Positions 20,675 to 32,000 of a stretch of DNA of 32,000 nucleotides are shown here, one piece after another; position 1 is the first letter of the stretch, and each line of letters opens with the position of its first letter. The notes below the pieces were generated by a model. It saw only the letters and a list, made by a program, of their open reading frames with translations. It was not told the DNA's origin and did no database searches. The stretch covers positions 1,440,001 to 1,472,000 of the forward strand of contig NZ_LT906458.1 in assembly GCF_900187275.1 (NCBI RefSeq). Direction: 5' to 3'. Position numbers and translations under genes: made by a program. The DNA comes from Pasteurella multocida. Its GTDB lineage: Bacteria; Pseudomonadota; Gammaproteobacteria; Enterobacterales; Pasteurellaceae.

Positions 20675-21910
20675 ATGTTAAAAAAACACAACATTTTTAT
20701 GTTAGGTATTTTTGCACTCATTAGCTCAGCTAATTATGCTGCTGTCGATAGTGATGGAAATATCAAAGAAGGCAGAAATGCTGGAACTAATACAGTAGGC
20801 AAAAATAATGTTGCTATTTCTACAAATGCTGGACGTAATGTAACAGGAGATACCAATGTTGCTATTTCTGCTGATGCAGGTCAACAGGTCAAAGGTAATA
20901 ATAATATTTCTATTTCATACAAAGCTGGAAATAATGTGGATGGAAGTAATAATATAGCTATGGGACGTGCATCTGGTTCTGAAGTTAATGGATCCTTTAA
21001 TTCATCACTTGGCTATATGGCGGGGCGTGATATTGGTAAAAGCGGTAAATCCCATGCTAATCAAAGTTCAGGTATCTTTAGTGGAAACAACGTTCAAGGA
21101 AATGCAAATATTGCTAATGGAGCTTATGCAGGTCGAAATGTGACTGGAAACGGTAATATTGCTAATGGTGCAGGAGCAGGTATTGGTGTGAAGGGTGATA
21201 GCAATATTGCAATTGGTAATGCCGCTGGGACAAAAACAAAAACTAGCCATATGATAAATAAACGAGTTACCGCCAGCCTCGACCCTAATAAAGAAATCAC
21301 TGTTGTTGAACATCAGGTTAGCAATACTGTAAGCTTAGGTACTTCTGCAGTTTCTATGGAAACTGATGCAGTTGCATTAGGTAGTTCTTCAGTCTCAGAT
21401 ATAGCTAAGGGTGAAGTAGGCTTTTTAGCAGAAAATGAGCAAAATGCAACATGGAAATCAACACGTGCTGGGGTATCCGTAGGTAAAGATAGCCATAATG
21501 AGGATGAAAAAATAACTCGTCAAATCCATAATCTTTCAGCAGGTTCAAAAGATACTGATGCAGTCAACGTAGCACAACTTAAGAAAGTCAATACCACTGT
21601 CGACCAAAATACAAAAAATGTGGCTAACCTCAGAGTGGATTTCCATCATTTAGAAAATAAACTTAATACTATTAACTCTGACTTGAAAGCAGGTATTGCC
21701 GGTTCAACCGCTATCGCAAACTTACCACAAGCGTTCCGTAATGGTCAATCCATGGTATCTGTTGCCGTAGGCTCTTATAGAGGTCAATCTGCAGCGGCAT
21801 TTGGTATTAGTCGTATGGCGGAAAATTCACCTATCGTCTTCAAAGCATCCGGTAGTGCTAATACACAAGGTCATTTCAACGTCGGAGCCGGTATTGGTTG
21901 GGGATGGTAA
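20675..21910 (+). CDS. YadA-like trimeric autotransporter adhesin
   Basis: 411 aa; signal peptide MLKKHNIFMLGIFALISSANYA, head repeats of type AGxNVxGxxNIAxG, neck/coiled coil (VNVAQLKKVNTTVDQNTKNV), C-terminal membrane anchor ending GHFNVGAGIGWGW; AAGGA RBS at 20664-20668. Confidence 0.92.
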   Translation: MLKKHNIFMLGIFALISSANYAAVDSDGNIKEGRNAGTNTVGKNNVAISTNAGRNVTGDTNVAISADAGQQVKGNNNISISYKAGNNVDGSNNIAMGRASGSEVNGSFNSSLGYMAGRDIGKSGKSHANQSSGIFSGNNVQGNANIANGAYAGRNVTGNGNIANGAGAGIGVKGDSNIAIGNAAGTKTKTSHMINKRVTASLDPNKEITVVEHQVSNTVSLGTSAVSMETDAVALGSSSVSDIAKGEVGFLAENEQNATWKSTRAGVSVGKDSHNEDEKITRQIHNLSAGSKDTDAVNVAQLKKVNTTVDQNTKNVANLRVDFHHLENKLNTINSDLKAGIAGSTAIANLPQAFRNGQSMVSVAVGSYRGQSAAAFGISRMAENSPIVFKASGSANTQGHFNVGAGIGWGW

Positions 21911-21936
21911 TTTTATTATCATTTGTCAATGCAATG

Positions 21937-21964
21937 AATACGGTAAGCTAAAGCTTACCGTATT
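21937..21964 (+). terminator. Inverted repeat downstream of autotransporter, probable terminator
   Basis: AATACGGTAAGCT-aa-AGCTTACCGTATT 13-bp stem, weak T tract. Confidence 0.6.
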
Positions 21965-22100
21965 TTATGTATTTTCTATTCTCTTATATCCTCTTTTTTT
22001 ATCCTTATTTTTTCTTTTATCTACTTTCTCCTGTAAGAGATAACTATCCTTTCCGTCTAATACATGACAAATTTATAAGATAAAATATAAAGGAAATAAC

Positions 22101-22520
22101 ATGCTATTATATTGTAAAAAACTTCAACAGTCTGATCTTGATATGATCGTACTTCGACTTGTCGTTATTCTGCTCTTTTTTATTTTTGCTAATACTAAAT
22201 GGTTTGAATTTGAAGTAGAAGCTCTGAAACCAATTATTTCCGCTAGCTGGTTAAGCTTTCTTTACGACTTATTTGGTGTATATAAAACAAGTTATTTATT
22301 AGGGATTATCGAAACTCTGGCTTATCTCGGCTTAATTATCGGATTTAGACAGCCTAAAGCAGGGTTATTGGGTAGTGGCTTAGTCCTTATCACAGCACTG
22401 GTCACAGTAAGTCTATTACCGCAATTAGGGTTTAATGGGTTTATTTTTAAAGATATTTTATTAATTGGCATCGCACTCGTTTTATTTAAATATGATTTAA
22501 ATCGTGCTTACCCTCTTTGA
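22101..22520 (+). CDS. YkgB-like (DUF417) inner-membrane protein
   Basis: 139 aa; DMIVLRLVVILLFFIFANTKWFEFEVEALKPIISASWLSFLYDLFG is typical of the YkgB/RclC family. Confidence 0.75.
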   Translation: MLLYCKKLQQSDLDMIVLRLVVILLFFIFANTKWFEFEVEALKPIISASWLSFLYDLFGVYKTSYLLGIIETLAYLGLIIGFRQPKAGLLGSGLVLITALVTVSLLPQLGFNGFIFKDILLIGIALVLFKYDLNRAYPL

Positions 22521-22541
22521 GAACATGTACAATCTGGTAAG

Positions 22542-22580
22542 AAAAAATGGAAAGTTAAACCCTTTCCATTTTTTATTTTT
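22542..22580. terminator. Bidirectional terminator between ykgB-like gene and lipA
   Basis: AAAAAATGGAAAG/CTTTCCATTTTTT perfect stem (22542-22554/22562-22574). Confidence 0.8.
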
Positions 22581-22597
22581 CAAGTTTTATCAAGGCA

Positions 22598-23560
22598 TTA
22601 TTTCACAATTTCGCCTTTGGCTTGCAAGTCTGCATGATAAGAAGAACGCACAAACGGACCGCAAGCAGCGTGTTCAAAGCCCATAGCTTGTGCTTTATCA
22701 CGGAACTCATCAAACTCTGCGGGTGGTACATAACGCGCAACAGGTAAATGATGGCGACTTGGTTGTAAATATTGCCCTAAGGTTAACATAGTCACACCAT
22801 GATCGCGTAGATCTTGCATCACTTGCAGAATCTCTTCATTAGTTTCACCTAACCCCACCATTAAACCTGATTTGGTCGGAATATGTGGAAACATCGCTTT
22901 AAAATCTTTAAGCAATTTCAAAGACCATTGATAATCTGCTCCTGGACGAATTTCACGGTATAAACGTGGTACATTTTCTAAATTATGGTTAAACACATCT
23001 GGTGGATTGTCTTTCAATTTATCCAACGCTTGCTCAATTCGCCCACGAAAATCAGGAACCAAAATCTCAATTTTGATATTTGGATTGAGCTGACGAATTT
23101 CTTTTACACATTCCGCAAAGTGACCCGCACCACGATCAGGCAAGTCATCACGATCCACCGAAGTAATCACCACATAACGCAATTTCATGTCTTGGATTGT
23201 CTCCGCTAACTTACGTGGTTCTTCAGGATCCGGCGGTAAAGGCTTACCATGCGCCACATCACAGAAAGGACAACGGCGAGTACAAATTGCCCCTAAAATC
23301 ATGAAGGTTGCTGTTCCGTGATTAAAACATTCATGTAAATTCGGGCACGATGCTTCTTCACACACTGAGTGTAAACCATGACGACGCATGCCGTTTTTAA
23401 TGCTATCAATTTTGGCAGAATTCGCAGGGAGTTTGATTTTCATCCATTCCGGTTTTTTTAATAATTCCTGATTTGGATCGATATTTTTTACCGGGATAAT
23501 GGACGTTTTAGCAGCATCACGGTATTTGACACCACGTTCCATTTTAAAAGGTGTACCCAT
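22598..23560 (-). CDS. lipA: Lipoyl synthase
   Basis: 320 aa; [36 protein letters not shown] radical-SAM and auxiliary cluster Cys. Confidence 0.97.
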   Translation of the reverse strand: MGTPFKMERGVKYRDAAKTSIIPVKNIDPNQELLKKPEWMKIKLPANSAKIDSIKNGMRRHGLHSVCEEASCPNLHECFNHGTATFMILGAICTRRCPFCDVAHGKPLPPDPEEPRKLAETIQDMKLRYVVITSVDRDDLPDRGAGHFAECVKEIRQLNPNIKIEILVPDFRGRIEQALDKLKDNPPDVFNHNLENVPRLYREIRPGADYQWSLKLLKDFKAMFPHIPTKSGLMVGLGETNEEILQVMQDLRDHGVTMLTLGQYLQPSRHHLPVARYVPPAEFDEFRDKAQAMGFEHAACGPFVRSSYHADLQAKGEIVK

Positions 23561-23624
23561 CTTGGTTCCTTAACTTCTAATGACGTTTGAAAGTGCGGTC
23601 GGTTTTCAACAACTTTCAGAAATG

Positions 23625-24281
23625 TTAAAAATTTGTTGCATTATATCCTAATAATTGTGCAAAGTGTGCAACTAATTTCGGTGCGACTTTTTCACAGCTT
23701 GCTTGTTGAGGATCAATGAAATCCGCTAACTGGCACATTTCTAAACCGGCATAACCACAAGGATTAATAAAATGGAATGGCGATAAATCCATATTAATAT
23801 TCAACGCCAGACCATGAAAAGAGCAACCCTTACGAATTCGTAAGCCTAAAGAACAAATCTTCTTCTCATCAATATACACACCGGGCGCATCCGCTTTGGG
23901 ATAAGCGTGAATGCCATAATCTGCTAAGGTATTCACCACCGCTTGTTCAAGCGCGCTCACTAATTGGCGTACATTAAATTCATTACCTAAGGCTTTTTGG
24001 CGTTTAATATCAATCAACACATACATCACTTGTTGTCCTAAGCCATGATAGGTGATTTGTCCACCCCGATCAGATTGCACCACTGGAATAGTCGTTTGTT
24101 GCAATAAATGTTCTGCTTTACCTGCTTGCCCTTGAGTAAAAACCGCAGGGTGTTGAACGAGCCAGATTTCATCTTGTGTATCCACATCGCGTGAATCAGT
24201 AAAGGTTTGCATTTGTTGCCAAACCGTTTGGTAATCTTGTATGCCAAGTTGGCGAACAAGTAGTGGGGATAGATTAGGCAT
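23625..24281 (-). CDS. lipB: Octanoyltransferase
   Basis: 218 aa; [42 protein letters not shown]. Confidence 0.96.
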   Translation of the reverse strand: MPNLSPLLVRQLGIQDYQTVWQQMQTFTDSRDVDTQDEIWLVQHPAVFTQGQAGKAEHLLQQTTIPVVQSDRGGQITYHGLGQQVMYVLIDIKRQKALGNEFNVRQLVSALEQAVVNTLADYGIHAYPKADAPGVYIDEKKICSLGLRIRKGCSFHGLALNINMDLSPFHFINPCGYAGLEMCQLADFIDPQQASCEKVAPKLVAHFAQLLGYNATNF

Positions 24282-24287
24282 TTTTCG

Positions 24288-24584
24288 TTATAGCACCATT
24301 CTTACGCCATCAATTTTGGCAAGCTCAACATAAAGCACTTCGACTTGTTCAATGTGCTCTGCAATGATATCAATAGACACCGAATTGTAGGTACCTTTGC
24401 TACTTAATTGCTGACGCGGATTGTAATCCCCTTTTGCATATTTTTGTACCACAACCACAACATCATCTATCAGATCCGCACGATTCGCTCCAACAACTTT
24501 AAAGGTAAAAGCGCACGGGAATTCCAGTAGATCTTTTAATTTCGCTTGTGGCATCTCATTGAGTTTTATGATTTTTTCTGTCAT
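24288..24584 (-). CDS. ybeD: YbeD/UPF0250 family protein
   Basis: 98 aa; [14 protein letters not shown], located between lipB and dacA as in gammaproteobacteria. Confidence 0.9.
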   Translation of the reverse strand: MTEKIIKLNEMPQAKLKDLLEFPCAFTFKVVGANRADLIDDVVVVVQKYAKGDYNPRQQLSSKGTYNSVSIDIIAEHIEQVEVLYVELAKIDGVRMVL

Positions 24585-24613
24585 TGTTCCATCCTACTCT
24601 TTATCAAAGATGA

Positions 24614-24640
24614 ACCGCACTTTTCGCTAAAAAGTGCGGT
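24614..24640 (-). terminator. Inverted uptake signal hairpin after dacA
   Basis: ACCGCACTTTT-cgcta-AAAAGTGCGGT. Confidence 0.75.
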
Positions 24641-24686
24641 CATCAAATTGCGGTTTCTTGCTTTTCAATATGGGGTGAGTTTTTGA

Positions 24687-25886
24687 TTAATCAAACAAAC
24701 TTTTTACAGTTAGGACTAACCAATCCCAAGCCTTACCAAAAATACCGCCTTCTTGGACTTCTTGCATCACTTGTAAATCAATTTTCGCGATGTCTTTACC
24801 CTCTAATTGATAAACGACTTGACCCACCACTTCACCTTTCGCTAACGGTGCTTGCAAGTATTTTTTATTGAGTTCATAACGGGCTTTTAACTCAGTTTGT
24901 TTGCCTTTCGGGATCGTAATAAATCCATCTTGTAATACCCCTAAAGACACTTTCCCCATGTCACCATAATAAACAGATTGCTCAGAAATCGCTTTACCGG
25001 CTTCAAGGGTTTTAAAAGTATCAAAATTCGCGAATCCCCACTGCAATAATTTTTTACTTTCGACTTCACGTCCTTTAATCGTTGGTACACCCATCACCAC
25101 CGAAATCAAACGCATATTGTTTGCATTGGTCGCTGAAGCAACTAAGTTATAACCTGCTTTATCCGTATGCCCCGTTTTAATGCCATCCACTTGAATGCTT
25201 TTATCCCATAACAAGCCATTACGGTTATTCTGTTTAATCTTATTAAAAGTAAAATCCTTTTCCGCGTAAATTTTATATTCTTCCGGTAAATCACGGATTA
25301 AATGCGCACCAATAATCGCCATATCGCGGGCAGAGGAATATTGATTATCCTCATCTAAACCATGTACCGTGGTAAAATGCGTATTTTTTAAGCCAAATTG
25401 TTGCGCATATTTATTCATAGCGTCAACAAAGGCAGGTACAGAACCAGCAACATGCTCTGCAATGGCCACAGAGGCATCATTACCTGACACAATAATCACA
25501 CCGCGGTTTAAATCAGACACAGACACTTGCTGATTTAAATTTAAGAACATTTTTGACGAGCCAGGAAAATTCTTTCCCCATGCACTTTCGCCAATCGTCA
25601 CTCTATCCGCATTATTGATTTTACCTTGTTTTAAAGCATCGCCAACGACATAACTGGTCATCATTTTTGTTAATGAGGCAGGATATTGGCGTTGGTCAGG
25701 ATTCAATGCAGCAATAACCGCACCCGAATTATAATCCATTAAAATAAAGGTTTGCGCATTCAATTGTGGCACCGCAATCCCATAATCAATATCTTGCGCC
25801 AACAAACTTGGGGCAATACATAAGCCCGTTATCAATGCGATTTTACTTTTCGTTACAACTGTTTTAAACATACTCTCCGTATCCAT
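24687..25886 (-). CDS. dacA: D-alanyl-D-alanine carboxypeptidase (PBP5/6 type)
   Basis: 399 aa; YPASLTKMMTSYV (SxxK), SGNDAS, KTGHTDKAGYN. Confidence 0.94.
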   Translation of the reverse strand: MDTESMFKTVVTKSKIALITGLCIAPSLLAQDIDYGIAVPQLNAQTFILMDYNSGAVIAALNPDQRQYPASLTKMMTSYVVGDALKQGKINNADRVTIGESAWGKNFPGSSKMFLNLNQQVSVSDLNRGVIIVSGNDASVAIAEHVAGSVPAFVDAMNKYAQQFGLKNTHFTTVHGLDEDNQYSSARDMAIIGAHLIRDLPEEYKIYAEKDFTFNKIKQNNRNGLLWDKSIQVDGIKTGHTDKAGYNLVASATNANNMRLISVVMGVPTIKGREVESKKLLQWGFANFDTFKTLEAGKAISEQSVYYGDMGKVSLGVLQDGFITIPKGKQTELKARYELNKKYLQAPLAKGEVVGQVVYQLEGKDIAKIDLQVMQEVQEGGIFGKAWDWLVLTVKSLFD

Positions 25887-25897
25887 CTTAAATAAGG

Positions 25898-26785
25898 TTA
25901 ATCGTCAAAGGTGTACACAATTAATGGTTTCGAGTAATTCAATTTTCTTAATTGTGCTTTGACGTCATTGACTTGAGATTTATCGCTAAACGGTCCAAAG
26001 TAAATATCAAATTTATCCTGATTTACTGTGATGTCCGCACGAATATCCTCACGTCCCAATTTACTAATTAATTTTTCAGCTTGTTTTTTTGAATCTAAAT
26101 TAAGTATACGGATTTTATAAACCGTTGTATATTTTTCAGGCTTAGTGGTCGCTGCTTTTACTGTTTTTTCTTCAGTATGTTGTGTTAATTCGACCGTATC
26201 CTCTCCTTGCAGTAACATATTGACTGCCTCTTGGTTCTTGGCTAATTTTGCCAACGTCGCACTGGCTGCGCCTGAAATTCGCCCTTGTCTATCTAACTGT
26301 ATCAGTTCCACACGCACATGACCAACACCACTACCAATTAAGCCGATTTCTCGTGCAGCAGCACGTGATAAATCAATAATTCGACCTTTTACAAAAGGTC
26401 CTCGGTCATTAATACGCACGATCACTTTACGTTGATTACGTAAATTCGTAACCAACACATAGCTGTTCAAGGGGAGCGTTTTATGCGCAGCCGTATATAA
26501 ATTTTCGTTGTAAATTTGACCACTCGCCGTTTTTCGTCCATTAAATTTTTTATGGTAAAAGCTGGCAATACCATCTCTCGCATAGCCACTGGCCTCTTTG
26601 GACGTTTGTGTGCGATAACTCACCCCTTTCACCACATAATGATGTGATTTGGTTACGGGTGCTTGATAGATCAACTTCGGGCCTTGTAAACCATAAAGCT
26701 TCTTTGCATCTATTGCTTGAGCACTCATCACATAGAATATGCAACAAAGTGCGGTCAATATTTGAAAAATTTTTTGTTTCATCAT
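25898..26785 (-). CDS. rlpA: Septal ring lytic transglycosylase RlpA family protein
   Basis: 295 aa; GIASFYHKKFNGRKTASG double-psi beta-barrel, C-terminal SPOR domain. Confidence 0.93.
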   Translation of the reverse strand: MMKQKIFQILTALCCIFYVMSAQAIDAKKLYGLQGPKLIYQAPVTKSHHYVVKGVSYRTQTSKEASGYARDGIASFYHKKFNGRKTASGQIYNENLYTAAHKTLPLNSYVLVTNLRNQRKVIVRINDRGPFVKGRIIDLSRAAAREIGLIGSGVGHVRVELIQLDRQGRISGAASATLAKLAKNQEAVNMLLQGEDTVELTQHTEEKTVKAATTKPEKYTTVYKIRILNLDSKKQAEKLISKLGREDIRADITVNQDKFDIYFGPFSDKSQVNDVKAQLRKLNYSKPLIVYTFDD

Positions 26786-26831
26786 CGTTCAGTTCAATTA
26801 TTAAGAATCACTATCTAAGATAATAAATCGT

Positions 26832-27947
26832 TTAATTAGTTCCCTTTAAAAAATGTTCTTTATGGGTATGAATGGACATAATCAGCCCAAATCCTGCCAT
26901 TAAGGTAACAAAAGATGTGCCACCATAACTGACTAAAGGTAAAGGCACACCAACTACAGGCAAGATCCCGCTAACCATGCCAATATTCACAAACACATAA
27001 ATGAAGAAAATCAGCGTAATCGCGCCCACTAAAATTCGTCCAAAGGCGGTTTGAGCGTTGACTCCGATCATCAATCCGCGCCCCACAATAAATAAATAAA
27101 TGGCCATTAAAATCAGAAAGCCGATCATGCCATATTCTTCACTTAATACCGCAAAAATAAAATCCGTATGCGGTTCAGGTAAAAACTCTAACTGCGACTG
27201 TGTTCCTTCCATCCAGCCTTTACCACTTAATCCGCCCGAGCCAATCGCAATTTTTGACTGTAAAATATGAAATCCTGCCCCTAATGGATCTTTTTCTGGA
27301 TCGAAGAGTGTTAATACACGCGTTCGTTGGTAATCATGCATTAAATAGAACCACATAATCGGAATAAAGCAAGCCACCCCAACAACCGCAATCAGAATCA
27401 ACCACCAGCTCATTCCTGCTAGAAAGACGACAAATAGCCCCGATGCGCTCACCAAAATCGATGTGCCTAAATCCGGCTGAATTGCCACTAACAATGTCGG
27501 AACGAGGATTAAAATCAGTGCAATAAAGGTCTGACCTAACGTTGGTGGCAATGGTCGTTTCCCAAGGTAAACCGCCACCATCAAAGGCACTGCCAGTTTT
27601 ACAATTTCTGAGGGTTGGAAACGAAATAACCCCAGATCTAACCAGCGTTGTGCCCCTTTACTCGTCGTCCCAATCACATCCACTAAAATTAATAAAATAA
27701 TACCGACACCAAAAAGCAGAGGAGCAATGCGCTGATAAAACTTCGGCGGGAATTGTGCCATCACCAACATGACCGCAAAGCCTAAGGCAACTTGGATCAA
27801 GCGGTTACGAAACATCGCTTCATTCCCCCCTGACGCACTATATAAGACCAGTAAGCCATAACCGGAAATTACAATCAATCCGATCAACAGCCATAAATCA
27901 ATGTGCAATTTGCGCCATAAAGACAGCCAAATATTCTTTTTATGCAT
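26832..27947 (-). CDS. rodA: Rod shape-determining SEDS protein RodA
   Basis: 371 aa; [37 protein letters not shown]-type SEDS signature. Confidence 0.96.
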   Translation of the reverse strand: MHKKNIWLSLWRKLHIDLWLLIGLIVISGYGLLVLYSASGGNEAMFRNRLIQVALGFAVMLVMAQFPPKFYQRIAPLLFGVGIILLILVDVIGTTSKGAQRWLDLGLFRFQPSEIVKLAVPLMVAVYLGKRPLPPTLGQTFIALILILVPTLLVAIQPDLGTSILVSASGLFVVFLAGMSWWLILIAVVGVACFIPIMWFYLMHDYQRTRVLTLFDPEKDPLGAGFHILQSKIAIGSGGLSGKGWMEGTQSQLEFLPEPHTDFIFAVLSEEYGMIGFLILMAIYLFIVGRGLMIGVNAQTAFGRILVGAITLIFFIYVFVNIGMVSGILPVVGVPLPLVSYGGTSFVTLMAGFGLIMSIHTHKEHFLKGTN

Positions 27948-29881
27948 TATTCTGAGTCCTCAGTTGCTAACGAGTCAGCAGGAGATAAACGCGATATTTG
28001 AGGCAATCGTTGCGTTAAATAATAATCCATAATTTGACGCACCACAGGCGCTGCCACACTGGATCCCCCTCCCGCATTTTCTAAAATAATCGCCACCACC
28101 ATTTTAGGATCATCATAAGGCGCATAAGCAGTAAACCAAGCATGATCATGCAATTCTTTTTTCAATCCACTCGCATCATAAGTTTGGTTTTCTTTCAAAC
28201 TAAAGACTTGCGCGGTCCCTGATTTGCCCGCAACACGATAACTGGTTCCAATGAAGGCTTTACGTCCCGTGCCATTCGCAGCATTGACCACGTTATACAT
28301 ACCTCGCTTAGCCGCGTCCCAGTAGGCCGCTTTAGGCTCAGTAATATCTTCATATAACAGTGGATCTTGGTAAGGTTCAACTGTACTGCCCTCCACACTT
28401 TTCATTAAATGTGGTGTATGAACTTTCCCTTCATTGATTAAAATACTGGTGGCTTTTGCCACTTGTAAGGGGGTGGCAATCCAATAACCCTGCCCAATCC
28501 CAACGGAAATCGTATCGCCTTGTACCCATGGGCGTTTATGGCGCTTTTGTTTCCACTCACGACTTGGCATAATCCCTGCCGTTTCTTCCTGAATATCAAT
28601 ACCTGTCGGCACACCGAAACCAAAGCGTTTCATCCAATCGGATAAACGATCAATGCCCATGTTATAAGCGGTTTGGTAAAAATATGTATCAGACGATTCC
28701 ACAATCGCTTTATTCAAGTCCGTATGCCCATGCCCCGTTTTTTTCCAATCCCGGAAACGCTTGGTAGTATTTGGTAGAACCCAATAGCCAGGATCAAAAA
28801 TGGTCATGTTTTGTGTAATCACATTTTCATGTAATGCTGCAACACCAATAAACGGTTTGACAGTCGAAGCTGGCGGATAAGCACCTTGTGTTACGCGACT
28901 ATATAAAGGACGGTTTGGATCATTTAATAACCGTTTATAATCTGCACTGGATATACCATCAACAAATAAATTGTTGTCATAACTTGGTGTGGAAACCATC
29001 GCGAGAATGCTATTATCTTTTGGATCTAACACTACAACCGCCCCTTTTTGCCCACTAAGCAAATCAGTAATATAACGTTGCAATTCTAAATCAATAGTCA
29101 AATGAATGCTTTTTCCTGCAATCGCTGGCTGTTCGCGTAATTTACGGATCACTTTACCGCGGTTATTGACTTCCACTTCTTCAAAGCCTGTACTCCCGTG
29201 TAATTGTGTTTCGTAATAACGTTCAATGCCCAATTTACCAATATCATGTGTGCCTGCGTAATTTGCAAACTTCCCTTCTTTTTTTAGGCGTTCAACATCT
29301 TTATCATTAATTTTCGCGACATAACCCAGAATATGCGTTAAGGGTTCTCCGTATAAATAATGGCGTTTAAAATACGGCTTCACTTCTAGACTGGTAAAAC
29401 GGTATTGATTGACCGAAAAACGGGCTATCTGCTCCTCAGTTAAGTGTGGTTTCAGTAAAATAGAGGTGTAACGCGAAGCGCGACGGCGCTCCTTTTTGAA
29501 ATTTTCAATATCCTCTTCCGTCAGTCCCACAATCGCTTTCAATTCTTCAAAAGTGCGCTCTAAATTTTCCACTTTTTCAGGCACAATATAGAGACCAAAA
29601 AAGGTTAAATTTTCCGCTAACAATTTGCCATAACGATCATAGATAAGCCCACGAGTAGGCGGAAGAGGTAACAATTTAATGCGGTTACCATTTGAACGAG
29701 TCTGATAACTGTCGTAATTGACGATTTGTAAATGGTATAAATTGGTTGCCAAAATTGCCGTCAGCACCCACACAAAAATAAATGAAACTAATGCTCGGCG
29801 GGCAAATAAATTGCGCTCCGATTTTTTATCTCTAATCAATTCTTGTTGTGGTTTAGCCAACAATTTTTTTAACTTTTTCAT
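27947..29881 (-). CDS. mrdA: Peptidoglycan transpeptidase PBP2
   Basis: 644 aa; [27 protein letters not shown] (SxxK context), VAGKSGTAQ; overlaps rodA. Confidence 0.96.
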   Translation of the reverse strand: MKKLKKLLAKPQQELIRDKKSERNLFARRALVSFIFVWVLTAILATNLYHLQIVNYDSYQTRSNGNRIKLLPLPPTRGLIYDRYGKLLAENLTFFGLYIVPEKVENLERTFEELKAIVGLTEEDIENFKKERRRASRYTSILLKPHLTEEQIARFSVNQYRFTSLEVKPYFKRHYLYGEPLTHILGYVAKINDKDVERLKKEGKFANYAGTHDIGKLGIERYYETQLHGSTGFEEVEVNNRGKVIRKLREQPAIAGKSIHLTIDLELQRYITDLLSGQKGAVVVLDPKDNSILAMVSTPSYDNNLFVDGISSADYKRLLNDPNRPLYSRVTQGAYPPASTVKPFIGVAALHENVITQNMTIFDPGYWVLPNTTKRFRDWKKTGHGHTDLNKAIVESSDTYFYQTAYNMGIDRLSDWMKRFGFGVPTGIDIQEETAGIMPSREWKQKRHKRPWVQGDTISVGIGQGYWIATPLQVAKATSILINEGKVHTPHLMKSVEGSTVEPYQDPLLYEDITEPKAAYWDAAKRGMYNVVNAANGTGRKAFIGTSYRVAGKSGTAQVFSLKENQTYDASGLKKELHDHAWFTAYAPYDDPKMVVAIILENAGGGSSVAAPVVRQIMDYYLTQRLPQISRLSPADSLATEDSE

Positions 29882-29893
29882 TGAATCACAGCA

Positions 29894-30361
29894 TTATTCA
29901 CGATGATATGGATGATTCATGGTCACAGACCAAGCACGATACAAACTCTCGGCGACCACAACACGCACGAGCGGATGCGGTAGCGTAAGCGGTGATAATG
30001 ACCAACTTTGTTCTGCTGCTGCTTTACATTCGGCAGACAGCCCTTCTGGACCACCAATCAGTAAACTGAGATCACGCCCATCGTTTTTCCAGACCTCTAG
30101 CTGCGTAGCCAATTGCTCCGTAGTCCAAGGTTTACCGGGAATATCTAACGTGACGATACGGCTTTTTCCACACACGGCTAACATCGCTTTGCCTTCTTGT
30201 TCTAAAATACGTTTAATGTCCGCATTTTTACCGCGTTTTCCGGCTGGAATTTCAATAAGCTCAAAAGGCATCTCTTTGGGAAAACGACGTTGATATTCTT
30301 CAAATCCCGTCGTCACCCAGTTCGGCATTTTGGTACCCACGGCAATCAGTTGAATCTTCAC
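29894..30361 (-). CDS. rlmH: 23S rRNA (pseudouridine(1915)-N(3))-methyltransferase
   Basis: 155 aa; [25 protein letters not shown]. Confidence 0.97.
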   Translation of the reverse strand: MKIQLIAVGTKMPNWVTTGFEEYQRRFPKEMPFELIEIPAGKRGKNADIKRILEQEGKAMLAVCGKSRIVTLDIPGKPWTTEQLATQLEVWKNDGRDLSLLIGGPEGLSAECKAAAEQSWSLSPLTLPHPLVRVVVAESLYRAWSVTMNHPYHRE

Positions 30362-30364
30362 TGA

Positions 30365-30709
30365 TTAGCCCCATAGTTTCTCAAGCTGATACATCTCTCG
30401 ACTGTCTGCTTGCATAATATGCACAATCGCTTGCCCTAAATCAACGACGATCCAATCTGCCGTTTCTTGTCCTTCATCGCCAAAGGTTTCAAATCCTGCT
30501 TGTTTACATTCCGTAATCAAATTTTGTGCCAGCGAAGACACATGACGACTCGAGTTGCCAGTACAAATTACCATATCATCAGTAATCGGCGATTTGCCAC
30601 GCACATCTAAGCGTAAAATATCCGTGGCTTTTAAATCATCTAACTTATCAATAATAAAATCGACTAAGGTATTCAAAATAGGTTTTCCTTCATGATAAAA
30701 AAGTCGCAA
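30365..30709 (-). CDS. rsfS: Ribosomal silencing factor RsfS
   Basis: 114 aa; [36 protein letters not shown]. Confidence 0.95.
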   Translation of the reverse strand: MRLFYHEGKPILNTLVDFIIDKLDDLKATDILRLDVRGKSPITDDMVICTGNSSRHVSSLAQNLITECKQAGFETFGDEGQETADWIVVDLGQAIVHIMQADSREMYQLEKLWG

Positions 30710-30732
30710 ATTCTATCACGACTTCAATGGGC

Positions 30733-32000
30733 TTAAAAGTTTCGTTTTAGACTGCGCTTTTTCTGAAAAGTGCGGTTTGAATTTGCACTATTTTTGCTGT
30801 TGTTATTGCCACGCTTGATCCGATACGGTTTTGGCAAGGTCAATAACGCCGCCACATCATATTGACTGACAGGAATACTATGTGAGATATATTCTTCAAT
30901 TGCGGGCAAATTCATCGCATATTCTTCACACGCAAAACTAATCGACACTCCACTCTCCCCCGCCCGCCCAGTACGACCGATACGGTGTACATAGTCCTCG
31001 CGATCATCTGGCAAGTCATAATTAAACACATGCGACACATCAGAGATATGTAAACCACGTGCAGCCACATCGGTCGCCACGAGAATATCCAAATGCCCTT
31101 CGGTAAATTGCTTCAACAGTGAAAGGCGTTTTTTCTGTGCGACATCACCAGTGAGTAGCCCCACACGGTGACCATCTGCCGCCAGATAGCCCCAGATGTC
31201 TTCACAACGATGTTTCGTGTTAGCAAAAATAATGCAACGTTCTGGCCATTCTTCTTCTAACAACGTGAGCAACAACGCCATCTTATCTTGGTTTGAAGGA
31301 TAAAAAAGTTCTTCTTTAATACGATGTCCCGTTTTTTGTAAGGGTTCAATTTCTACATATTCCGGATCATTCATATCCTCAAACGCCAATTCGCGCACTT
31401 TATAGGATAAGGTCGCAGAAAATAGCATGGTCAAACGGTGTTGTGGCGCTGGGCATTTACGCAATAAATAACGAATATCTTTAATAAAGCCAAGATCAAA
31501 CATCCGATCCGCTTCATCTAACACGACCACTTGAATTTTGTCTAAACGCACAATGCCTTGTTTCACATAGTCAATCACACGTCCAGTGGTACCAATTAAA
31601 ATATCAACACCTTGCTCAATGGCTTTGAGTTGTTTCTCATAGCCATCACCGCCATAGGCAAGTCCTGTTTTTAATCCTGTGGCTTTCGTAAGTAACGCTG
31701 CATCATTATTGATTTGAACAGCAAGCTCACGCGTTGGTGCAAGAATCAAGGCGCGCGGCTGACGTCCCCCTTTATCGCCTTGTTGAGTTAATAAATGATG
31801 AAAAGTCGCTGTTAAAAACGCCATCGTTTTGCCTGTACCGGTTTGTGCTTGTCCAGCCACATCTTTTCCCGCCAAACTCATCGGCAAAGAAAGTGCTTGA
31901 ATCGGGGTACAGTAATCAAAGCCTTTTTCTTGTAACGCAGCAAGCACCTGATGGTGCAAGGGTAAATCAGAAAAACGAAGTTGCGATAAATAATTATTTT
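30733..32000 (-). CDS. rhlB: ATP-dependent RNA helicase RhlB, 5'-truncated by window end
   Basis: [24 protein letters not shown] motifs. The frame stays open upstream of the listed TTG at 31959 ([19 protein letters not shown]...), so the true start lies beyond 32000. Confidence 0.95.
   Translation of the reverse strand, partial: NNYLSQLRFSDLPLHHQVLAALQEKGFDYCTPIQALSLPMSLAGKDVAGQAQTGTGKTMAFLTATFHHLLTQQGDKGGRQPRALILAPTRELAVQINNDAALLTKATGLKTGLAYGGDGYEKQLKAIEQGVDILIGTTGRVIDYVKQGIVRLDKIQVVVLDEADRMFDLGFIKDIRYLLRKCPAPQHRLTMLFSATLSYKVRELAFEDMNDPEYVEIEPLQKTGHRIKEELFYPSNQDKMALLLTLLEEEWPERCIIFANTKHRCEDIWGYLAADGHRVGLLTGDVAQKKRLSLLKQFTEGHLDILVATDVAARGLHISDVSHVFNYDLPDDREDYVHRIGRTGRAGESGVSISFACEEYAMNLPAIEEYISHSIPVSQYDVAALLTLPKPYRIKRGNNNSKNSANSNRTFQKKRSLKRNF

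Overview
The window looks like a Pasteurellaceae chromosome. Evidence is frequent AAGTGCGGT-type uptake signal sequences and Pasteurella/Haemophilus-like protein sequences; species is inferred, not proven. Order of contents: partial DeoR-family regulator; leuA-leuB-leuC-leuD with an upstream Leu-rich leader peptide and attenuator; PNPOx-like protein; mreB-mreC-mreD; rnr-rlmB; sodC; uvrA / ssb; one IS200-type element; a frameshifted gene remnant; folD; tRNA-Pro and tRNA-Arg; two long tandem repeat arrays; a YadA-like trimeric autotransporter; a YkgB-like membrane protein; lipA-lipB-ybeD; dacA-rlpA-rodA-mrdA-rlmH-rsfS; and the 5'-truncated rhlB. Most of it is conserved housekeeping sequence. The most interesting non-coding signals are: (1) the leuB-leuC intergenic region, with four back-to-back tight hairpins followed by a ~124-nt imperfect inverted repeat; (2) adjacent 9-bp and 8-bp tandem arrays plus a 5-bp repeat between tRNA-Arg and the autotransporter; (3) the leu attenuator; (4) an 11-bp Shine-Dalgarno-sequestering hairpin in the IS200 tnpA leader. 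I did not find CRISPR arrays, a prophage, or a convincing new multigene defence or biosynthetic system.
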